A stretch of DNA of 64,000 bases, taken from positions 226 to 64,225 of the forward strand of contig JAWOBX010000036.1 in assembly GCA_046484125.1 (NCBI GenBank). The letters are read 5' to 3'. The translations under genes were made by a program, and so were the position numbers. This document shows, piece by piece, positions 1 through 7,625 of this stretch. This DNA comes from Dehalococcoidia bacterium (lineage in GTDB: Bacteria > Chloroflexota > Dehalococcoidia > SZUA-161 > SpSt-899). Numbering within the stretch: the stretch's first letter is position 1; each line of letters starts with the position of its first letter. The notes beneath the pieces are model-generated. The model had not been told where the DNA came from. It worked only from the letters and a program-made list of their open reading frames with translations, and did no database searches.

Positions 1-247
1 AAAAGGTTCCCACACTAGATGAGACAATCCGGATGCAATTACCAAATACGCGCTTTTAATATTGACCATCAGCAAATACCCGTGATATCCTTTTACCAAA
101 ATTTAGTTATTCAACCTGGAAACCAATTTGAACTGCAACGGGAGTCATTGCAGTATATGGGTAACAATAGAGCATCCAGCTTTTATGAGCCTTATTAGTA
201 ATCCGCTGCGTCGGATGTCATTGTCTGTGATATATAAGGGAGAGGCT

Positions 248-2959
248 ATGCGGGCGAATCACTTTGAAGCCACCAGAACAAGTGATTGGGGATTGCTGAT
301 ATATCAGTTCGGAAATAGCGATGTATACTTTAATGACGAGGGACCATTACCCCGCATAGAGAACTTTGCAGCGCACCTAGAGTTGCTCGCGACGTGTCTG
401 AACGAAGGTGGAGGAACTCCCGTTCCGGTGAACGGGCCTTCGGGGAGCCCCTCAGGGATTGACATCAGTGATTTTCAAGAGAGCCGGCGAACAATATGTC
501 GCAGGGCCAAGAATGATGAGGAACCGGTTATCGTGAATAATTTCCACTTCCCGATTCTTAGTGAAGTACTGCGTAATATTATTTTTTCATACCCTAACTT
601 AACATCATGGAAGATATGCCCCATCCTTACTGATCAAGAACCCAGGCAGCACCAGGATACGCGCGATATCATTCCGCTGTTAGTAACCTACCTGCAAGCC
701 TTCGAAAAGGTTTCTCACTGTTTTGAGCAGGTTGACCCTATGATTATAGAAAAGGAACCTCACAATTATAATACCGTACTGGAGTGTTACGAGTATTTCC
801 GCAATCAGCTTGAACCGAAGGTCCGCGAAGCCCGGGCGGTATTGTTCAACATTACTACTGGTACACCTGCAATGAGCTTTGCCGCTGGACAGATTTTTGC
901 CACCAACCCACGAATCAGCTTCCTTTATTCCCCGTGGAACGAATCCCCAAAGCCGTTGGAGATCAAGGCTTTTCACCAAAGGGTTAAGGCGAACACTCTT
1001 GATAAAGTACGCCGCATGCTGGCGCGATATGAGTTCCAGGGAGCGGCTGATGTGCTGGAATCGGAGGATAACGGATTCAGAGAGGAAGACATCGGTAACT
1101 CCCTGCAAATAATAAAGGCCCTGGCTGCCTGGAAGAACTATGATTTTACCCTGGCAAATAAGCTTCTGAAAGATTACCAGCTATTTTCTGAGGTAACACC
1201 AGGTATGAAGTCGGTATGTGAAAGGTTATCTTCCGAACAGGATCCCTTTACACCTGACTTCTGGCAGGCCAAGCTCCAGGACGTAGTTGCCCGGATGGAA
1301 GGGGACGTTTATAGCGAAGCTTACGCCGATTTGCTGGTGCATCTTCACAATTTTCATGACGTTTCTCTGCAGCGGGCGCTTAACTACCAATACCCAAATA
1401 TAAATTTTTCCGAGAACCAACTGGGAGATGATATATTAAGTCAACTCGGCGAAATCCACACAGAACATGTGCCTATAGACCAAAAGAAGTTGTACAGAGA
1501 GAATGATAGATTCCATTTTGTTTACTGGTTAAACTCAAAATACGGTAATGATCATTTCTTCAAACAGTGGTTTGAATGGTACGAAATATTCAGGTGGTTT
1601 AAGACCCAGTATGTGGATGAAAAACGTCATGAACTCATCCATACATCGCTCAACCTCCAACGCGCGTTTTATGATAACATCATCGGAAATTGGATAACGG
1701 TCCCCGAAAACCATGGCCCACGGTATTTGCTGGCGCTTGTACGTAGAAGTCTGCCTGATGATTCCTATCGGTGTCACATCCCCGGGCTGATCGAATCGGT
1801 TTGGTCGGCTCTGAATTCTGAAATGGAGTGTGACGAAATTTTACCTGATATCTCAGCCTCCAACGAGGAGATATTGGTCTCCAAACTCGAAGAAAGTTTT
1901 GGCAATATGAAAAACAGGGAGGTTGACACTATCGTTAAGTTCCTTAACGATTGGAAAGATAAGGAGCTTTCTGTTGATATAGAAAGGCTTACCGTTAATG
2001 CCCAAATGAAGCAAAAAATGAAAGATGAGCTGGAAAAGAGCGGAATAAAGCCTTTACCTCAATGGAATTATCTCATCCATGAGCAAGGTAAAAAAGAGGA
2101 TGCTCAAAAAGAGTTTAAAGTAGGCATGCTTACCCGGCTTCATCCCTGTTTGCAACCCGAGCAGAAAAAGACCCAAAATGAAGTGCGGTCAGCTTTGATA
2201 GCATATTTGAAAAACGAGAAAACCCTTGAAGAGGTATTCCGCACCTACTGCTCTCCGAAAGACAGCAGGAAAAAGTCAAGTTCTACCGGAAAGGCGGCAA
2301 ATTCTACCCGTAAAAAACCGGGATCGCAGCCCAAAAATGGCGAGAGGAAAGAGCCACTGAAAAACATTATACTAAAAAGCAATACTGTAAAAACTGAAAT
2401 GACCAGTTCTGCGGCGCTGAGCACCAATAACATCATCACCTCGGCCACTGCTCACGGAATCCTGGTAGCGGCTTCACTGCTTCGATTGGAGGGAATAAGG
2501 GAAGAAGTGAGTGTCTATTTTCATCTCAGCGAGTGTGTGAAACAGCTCGAGCAAGTTAACCGGGTCACGGTAAAGTACATATATTTAATCGGACTCGATT
2601 CGAATGCTATTGATAGAGATTCATGGGTAAGCTTTGTAGAAATGGTGAATAATAAAGAATTCAACGTACGTCTGTTCAATAAGAATAGAGAAGTTCAGAA
2701 AATCATACGGGGCGCACACCCGCAAAACGAAACTGAATATTGTTCAATTGAGTTCATCGAAACCGGTTATCCAGTATGGATGCGGGAAAAGTACCTGGAG
2801 GAACTACAAAACGATAAGAAAGCCGATACTTACTTGAAAGCAGTCAGGGCTAACTCCCGTGATAATTCGCTGTTTTCTCAGGCCAGGCAGGCCGTTGATA
2901 ATGGTAAAGATGAACCGATGAGACTGGTCTTAGAGTTGATTTCCCGACAGGACGAATGA
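248..2959 (+). CDS. Large hypothetical protein (~904 aa from ATG 248; ORF open from 128) with a CARF-like Rossmann signature (NITTGTPAMSFAAG) and an uncharacterised C-terminal region
   Basis: Long ORF. GGGAGAGG ribosome-binding site 6 nt before ATG 248. 'N-I-T-T-G-T-P-A-M-S' resembles the CARF strand-4 motif DxTxGTKAMS of Csm6-type proteins. A R-x4-H (KRHELIH) motif and an HG...SEC pair lie in the C-terminal half. 4-nt gap to the next gene. Confidence 0.5.
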   Translation: MRANHFEATRTSDWGLLIYQFGNSDVYFNDEGPLPRIENFAAHLELLATCLNEGGGTPVPVNGPSGSPSGIDISDFQESRRTICRRAKNDEEPVIVNNFHFPILSEVLRNIIFSYPNLTSWKICPILTDQEPRQHQDTRDIIPLLVTYLQAFEKVSHCFEQVDPMIIEKEPHNYNTVLECYEYFRNQLEPKVREARAVLFNITTGTPAMSFAAGQIFATNPRISFLYSPWNESPKPLEIKAFHQRVKANTLDKVRRMLARYEFQGAADVLESEDNGFREEDIGNSLQIIKALAAWKNYDFTLANKLLKDYQLFSEVTPGMKSVCERLSSEQDPFTPDFWQAKLQDVVARMEGDVYSEAYADLLVHLHNFHDVSLQRALNYQYPNINFSENQLGDDILSQLGEIHTEHVPIDQKKLYRENDRFHFVYWLNSKYGNDHFFKQWFEWYEIFRWFKTQYVDEKRHELIHTSLNLQRAFYDNIIGNWITVPENHGPRYLLALVRRSLPDDSYRCHIPGLIESVWSALNSEMECDEILPDISASNEEILVSKLEESFGNMKNREVDTIVKFLNDWKDKELSVDIERLTVNAQMKQKMKDELEKSGIKPLPQWNYLIHEQGKKEDAQKEFKVGMLTRLHPCLQPEQKKTQNEVRSALIAYLKNEKTLEEVFRTYCSPKDSRKKSSSTGKAANSTRKKPGSQPKNGERKEPLKNIILKSNTVKTEMTSSAALSTNNIITSATAHGILVAASLLRLEGIREEVSVYFHLSECVKQLEQVNRVTVKYIYLIGLDSNAIDRDSWVSFVEMVNNKEFNVRLFNKNREVQKIIRGAHPQNETEYCSIEFIETGYPVWMREKYLEELQNDKKADTYLKAVRANSRDNSLFSQARQAVDNGKDEPMRLVLELISRQDE

Positions 2960-2962
2960 GTT

Positions 2963-3817
2963 GTGAAAAAGAAGGTTGTAATACAAAAAATTGACCTTGA
3001 TACCTGCCTGACAGCATTCATCCTCGATGTTTCTGAGGAAGATGATGTTGTATCAGTTCAGTCGCAGGCAACGGATGAAGATCTGCGCAATCCTGAAGTC
3101 ATCTGTATTGAATGCGGGGGAAGTGGTCAGGTTCATTTGAACAACTTCGACCACCATGAAAGTGGAGTTTCCGAGCCGGCCTGCCTGCAGGTATTCAAGC
3201 TGATAGACGGCAGTTCGGAACTGGAAAGAGTGGTGGAATATGTTGCGAAGGTTGATACTGATCCAAAATCTATAGAACAACCTGACCGACCGGATTTCAT
3301 TTCTCTTTCCAGCCTTTTCTCCGGAATGCTTCTAGAACAAAAGGATCCGGGGCGGCAGCTTTTTGAAGGAATGGGTATATATGAAACGATCTTAGCTGAG
3401 GGAATTGATCCGTTCGGTGCCATGCCTCGGCTGTCGGAGTGGGAAGATTATTTTCAGGCCAAACAAGCCAATAGACTGTTACTCAGCCGGGAAAGTGCTC
3501 GAGTTGAGGTGTTTGAAACCGCAGGAGGCCTTAAATGCGGCTACTTGGAAAGTGAAGTCATTGGAGGACCCGGATTGATCTACAACAAGGGCTGCGATGT
3601 TGCTATTGTGTATAGCACTGAATTTGGTGAGGCAAAAATCCCTAAATTCACCATTGCCGGGAAAAACGGCATCAGGGTTGATGGATTGCTTGCCAGCCTG
3701 AACGAACTTGAGCCAGGTTGGGGCGGACCCGGACACGGGACAATTATTGCTTCACCAAAGACCGGGAGCTGGCTTCCGGCAAAAGAGGTATGCCGCATTG
3801 TGTCAAGGAACCTTTGA
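2963..3817 (+). CDS. DHH/DHHA1-family phosphoesterase-like protein (NrnA/nanoRNase-like fold)
   Basis: Motifs DLD (motif I-like), NNFDHHE (DHH motif III) and a C-terminal GWGGPGHG (DHHA1 GGGH-like) are present. Translationally coupled to the upstream gene. Confidence 0.5.
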   Translation: MKKKVVIQKIDLDTCLTAFILDVSEEDDVVSVQSQATDEDLRNPEVICIECGGSGQVHLNNFDHHESGVSEPACLQVFKLIDGSSELERVVEYVAKVDTDPKSIEQPDRPDFISLSSLFSGMLLEQKDPGRQLFEGMGIYETILAEGIDPFGAMPRLSEWEDYFQAKQANRLLLSRESARVEVFETAGGLKCGYLESEVIGGPGLIYNKGCDVAIVYSTEFGEAKIPKFTIAGKNGIRVDGLLASLNELEPGWGGPGHGTIIASPKTGSWLPAKEVCRIVSRNL

Positions 3818-3912
3818 TAAATATAATCGCTGTTCGAGCGATCAGACTGGCGAAACTATCACATTGAAAGGGCAATGCTATAGACAATTTCACACCAGTC
3901 GAATTACTCCCG

Positions 3913-3936
3913 AAAACAGCGTTTCAAATACAAAGG
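3913..3936. repeat. Copy a of a recurring intergenic motif AAAACAGCGTTTCAAATA(C/T)AAA
   Basis: Near-identical copies at 31585-31608 and 37674-37696. Partial AAAACAGCG cores at 3993-4001, 4028-4036 (reverse) and 37561-37569. Confidence 0.5.
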
Positions 3937-3977
3937 AATTCACCCTGCGGACGTCTTGTGAAATTGGGAACAATCCG

Positions 3978-4036
3978 TTTTCCCCTGACCGGGGAAAACA
4001 GCGATGCTGATATGCATCCGAATCAATCGCTGTTTT
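3978..4036. promoter_or_regulatory. Nested palindromes upstream of the sigma-factor gene: an 8-bp stem hairpin (TTTTCCCC-5nt-GGGGAAAA) and an 11-bp perfect inverted repeat (AAAACAGCGAT-N20-ATCGCTGTTTT)
   Basis: Read directly. Arms at 3978-3985/3991-3998 and 3995-4005/4026-4036. Lies about 75 nt upstream of ATG 4110. Confidence 0.35.
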
Positions 4037-4109
4037 AGGGTTACTTGCAGGTATTGACATGCCTGCTTCATTACTGTAAGATACCCTGATTGCCTTCTGG
4101 GAAAGATTC

Positions 4110-4892
4110 ATGGCCATAAACGAAAAATATAGTTATCTCACAGAAGAACTTTTCCAGGCCTGGCAGGGGGGTGACTCCACTGCCAGAAATATCTTTTATG
4201 AAGCAATTTTTGATTATTACTGGCCGGTTATAACTAAAAAACTTGGAGAGAAGTTTATCAGATATGACGATACCGTTAATGTTTTTTCGGAAGAACAAGC
4301 AGCGGCAATGGATATAATTGAAAAGGAATTTGATTTTTTTGAAAATAAACACCTTAATAATAAGGAAAAATTTATAGGGTGGCGTGACCCTGGCCAGTTT
4401 TTCGGCTATCTATGGAAGAACCGACTGGTACGACTTATATACGATTATTGGCAAGATAAGCCAAAAAGACCAATCTCGGGAGACGAACCGATTTATTTAG
4501 ATGATGAGAACGAGACAAGCATTCTCGATCAACAGATAAGCGGAGATTTTGATCCAGTCGATGAGGTAGCCAATGAGGATCTCAAACAACAGTTAATCCA
4601 GTGGATATTGAATAATAAAGATAGAGTCTCAGTAACAAACTGGTTGACCCTGGGCGCGTATTGTGTTGCATTGACTGAAGGTTACAATAATCAAGGCAAA
4701 GGCAAGCACGAGTTTAACGCTAGAGTCGCTGAATTGATGGGAATACCTGTTGGGAACCAGCTCAGGACGAGAATCAACCATATGTTGAATCAAATCAGAG
4801 ACATTATGAAGGATACAGGTGATTGGGAGCAATTTCGCTATTTTTTTGAAGATAGTGATGATGAAAACGGTGGTGAAGATGAGAATGGGTGA
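4110..4892 (+). CDS. ECF-type sigma-70 family RNA polymerase sigma factor with an internal insert and an acidic C-terminal tail
   Basis: The N-terminus (EELFQAWQGGDSTARNIFYEAIFDYYWPVITKKL) matches sigma-70 region 2. A region-4 helix-turn-helix (AELMGIPVGNQLRTRINHMLNQIRDIM) is present. The C-terminus is DE-rich. Confidence 0.6.
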   Translation: MAINEKYSYLTEELFQAWQGGDSTARNIFYEAIFDYYWPVITKKLGEKFIRYDDTVNVFSEEQAAAMDIIEKEFDFFENKHLNNKEKFIGWRDPGQFFGYLWKNRLVRLIYDYWQDKPKRPISGDEPIYLDDENETSILDQQISGDFDPVDEVANEDLKQQLIQWILNNKDRVSVTNWLTLGAYCVALTEGYNNQGKGKHEFNARVAELMGIPVGNQLRTRINHMLNQIRDIMKDTGDWEQFRYFFEDSDDENGGEDENG

Positions 4893-4994
4893 AATGAAAT
4901 GTCGTTTACAGCCGCTAGATTATTATGGAATTGTAAATCAGCATATTTTGACTGAGTAGCAAGATGGGATAAAAATAATACTGGTGAAGAAAGA

Positions 4995-7397
4995 ATGAGT
5001 TCGGAAAAGGCACTAACGTGTACTCAATACGCGCCGTATATATTTGATTACATCGAGGGGGCGCTTGATCAGGAACAGAAATTATCTGTAGCCTCTCATC
5101 TATCGCGGTGCACCGATTGCCTGCAACTGCTAGCCACTTTGAAGCAGAAACAGGCAGACTATACAGATGCACGGCCGATTGGCGGGATACTGACGCTAGA
5201 TCTTGCCGATAGATCGGTTATCGATGATATTGTTCAATATCTATTGCATAATGAGGCCCAGCAGAAACATATCGGGCTATGCAATATGCTGATATCGGCG
5301 CAATGGCAACTGCGTTCCCTGTGGCTGTTACAGGGGCGGCTATACAACGAGCTGCGCAGACAGGGGAAAAAGGCGATGATGATCTCCCCTGTAGTACTGC
5401 CGGAAATCATGACAGAAGGAATAGAATCATCAGAATGTGAATATATCTTGATATATAACATCGGGCATTTTCCTGATTGCTGGGAAGCGATTCAGGAGTT
5501 ATCGGCGGCAGGCATTAATGTCGTTGCCAGTATTAGTGAGAACGATCTGCAGCTTGGTGAGGAATTGAGCCAGGGCGTTGTTACGGCGAATTGTCATATC
5601 ATATCATTTGCGAATAGAGATCCGGCCACGGTTTATGCTACAGAGCAAAACCGGTTTAATCAGTACCTGAACCAGCGAAAATCAGCACTGATCAATGAAC
5701 TGAATCAGCGCCCGGATATTAAGGAACTGGTCGCGTATCTATATTTATTTGACACTTTGGGAATCGCGGCACCGGCTTCACTGCTGGCTCGAATCCTCAA
5801 AACGGATGAAAATGAGATAATAATGAGCCTTGATGGTACGACTTCACTAGCCTATAGAATCAGGAAAAAGCCTCCAGTATTCTATTGCACTGAAAACGAG
5901 CTTGTAGCCAACGCCATGCGCCATGAACTAATCAAAGACGCTGATCGGGAAAACAAATACAAAGGCATCATAGCGGCAGCCGGGCCCCAAAATAGAGATG
6001 AATCCTTCACAGTAATGATGCTCTTTCACATGCTCGAAAGGCGAGGCGAGCGGATACTCGCCAGAAATCTGTATAAGGATAATCAGGAACAAATCGAAAA
6101 TCTATGGAAAGAACTGGGTGCGCGGGAACTCGTTTCATGGGGTATTACATTGCGTGATCTCTGCCTGTATGAGGGTGCCAAGAATGTGTTGAGGAAAGGC
6201 ATTGAAAAGCAACCAGAAAATATCTATCTTCGGCATGCTCTGGCTACTGTCATGGAAAGACAACGTAAATATCCCGAAGCGGAAGCCGAATTCCGTCAGG
6301 GATATGATATAGATCCAGACAATATCTTCTTGCTCCAGGCCTGGGGCGATATGGAACGGAAACGATCTGTTCAAAGCCGAACAGAGGACAGGCGCAGTGA
6401 GGCCCTCGGACTTTTCCAGAAAGCTCAGTCTATTGATCCTGAAAATCTGCATGTTCTGGTGTCACTGGGGAACCTGGAAGCTGAGACCGGTGACCATCGA
6501 ACTGCTACCGATTACTTCGATAGAGCACTGGAAATTGATCGTTATAACCTTTACGCATTACATTCCAGGGGAGAATTGTTTAGGAGGCAACGGAAGTGGG
6601 CCGAAGCCGCTTCCGATTATGAGAAGGTTATTGAAATAATGCCGAAAAACGTTCCGGCTCATCATGCACTGGGGCAGATTGATTTGGAGCGGGGTCATTT
6701 TAAAAAGGCGATGGAGCGTTTTCATAAGAGAATTTATAAAATTGATCGGGAAAGTAAATATACCCTTCATTCTATCGGTAACCTGTACATCGAACTGGCT
6801 GATATTACTGGTAATGATAATTACATGAGCAATGCGTTCAATTACCTTGAACGTGCCCGCCAGGTCGACCAAGAAAACATTGAAACCTATACTTCGCTGG
6901 CCAAGCTGGAGAGAAAACAGGGCAACTATACAGCGGCGCTGGAAAATCTCAATTTGGCGGAAAACAGGGATCCTGAAAACCTCTACGTGAAGTTGGGACG
7001 TGTGGAGGTGCTGAAGGCCCAGAGGGATATGGATAGAGTAACAGAACTGGCATATCAAGTACTTGATGATAATCCGAAAAACGTAGTAGCTATGGTATTG
7101 TATGCCAAGCTGAGAGCGGAAAGCGGGTTCTACGATGAGGCGCGAAGACTCCTTAAGGATGCCAGAACGATGGATCCCGGGAATCTTAGAATATACAATG
7201 ACTGGGGAGAAATGGAAGCTTCGGTTGGTAATTATGAAAAGGCGGTAGAAATACTAGGTGATGCTCTTGATATAGATGATGAAAACTCCTATGTTAATTT
7301 GAAGTATTCCGAGATACTCAAACGATTGGGGAACTTTGATGAGGCAGAGGAGTACCACAAGAAAGCAGGCAATTTAATGGGGTTGGATAGCTTGTGA
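4995..7397 (+). CDS. Putative anti-sigma factor: N-terminal zf-HC2 zinc finger followed by about 15 TPR repeats, with no transmembrane segment
   Basis: The N-terminus CTQYAPYIFDYIEGALDQEQKLSVASHLSRCTDCL fits the zf-HC2 anti-sigma pattern. The remainder is degenerate 34-residue TPR repeats. Sits immediately downstream of the ECF sigma gene. Confidence 0.55.
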   Translation: MSSEKALTCTQYAPYIFDYIEGALDQEQKLSVASHLSRCTDCLQLLATLKQKQADYTDARPIGGILTLDLADRSVIDDIVQYLLHNEAQQKHIGLCNMLISAQWQLRSLWLLQGRLYNELRRQGKKAMMISPVVLPEIMTEGIESSECEYILIYNIGHFPDCWEAIQELSAAGINVVASISENDLQLGEELSQGVVTANCHIISFANRDPATVYATEQNRFNQYLNQRKSALINELNQRPDIKELVAYLYLFDTLGIAAPASLLARILKTDENEIIMSLDGTTSLAYRIRKKPPVFYCTENELVANAMRHELIKDADRENKYKGIIAAAGPQNRDESFTVMMLFHMLERRGERILARNLYKDNQEQIENLWKELGARELVSWGITLRDLCLYEGAKNVLRKGIEKQPENIYLRHALATVMERQRKYPEAEAEFRQGYDIDPDNIFLLQAWGDMERKRSVQSRTEDRRSEALGLFQKAQSIDPENLHVLVSLGNLEAETGDHRTATDYFDRALEIDRYNLYALHSRGELFRRQRKWAEAASDYEKVIEIMPKNVPAHHALGQIDLERGHFKKAMERFHKRIYKIDRESKYTLHSIGNLYIELADITGNDNYMSNAFNYLERARQVDQENIETYTSLAKLERKQGNYTAALENLNLAENRDPENLYVKLGRVEVLKAQRDMDRVTELAYQVLDDNPKNVVAMVLYAKLRAESGFYDEARRLLKDARTMDPGNLRIYNDWGEMEASVGNYEKAVEILGDALDIDDENSYVNLKYSEILKRLGNFDEAEEYHKKAGNLMGLDSL

Positions 7398-7425
7398 TAA
7401 GACTAATGTCGGCAAATGAAAAAAA

Positions 7426-7449
7426 GCACCCGTTTCGGGTGCTTTTTTT
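7426..7449 (+). terminator. Rho-independent terminator after the anti-sigma gene
   Basis: GCACCCG-TTT-CGGGTGC stem-loop followed by TTTTTTT. Confidence 0.7.
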
Positions 7450-7625
7450 ATGGGATTGAAATGATTTGTGGTGGGCTGAGGCTTATATATTTAGAAAGAT
7501 GATTACAGAATCAAAAGAGCGAAAAAATTGGCATTTGAATTATTCCGGGGAATAAGCGGCTTTTAATAATGTGGAGAGGATGATATCGGGGCAGGGTATT
7601 TCAGAAAAATTTCAGGAGGCAAACC

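Noticed and set aside
128-247. Upstream extension of the first large ORF (start at 128)
   Set aside because: No ribosome-binding site at 128, whereas ATG 248 has a strong GGGAGAGG site. The extension has odd composition. Kept 248 as the start, but the true start is unverified.
4110-7397. Direct homology of the sigma/anti-sigma pair to Csx30/Csx31/CASP-sigma or CalpT/CalpS
   Set aside because: Cannot be supported from sequence by eye. Only the architectural analogy is retained.
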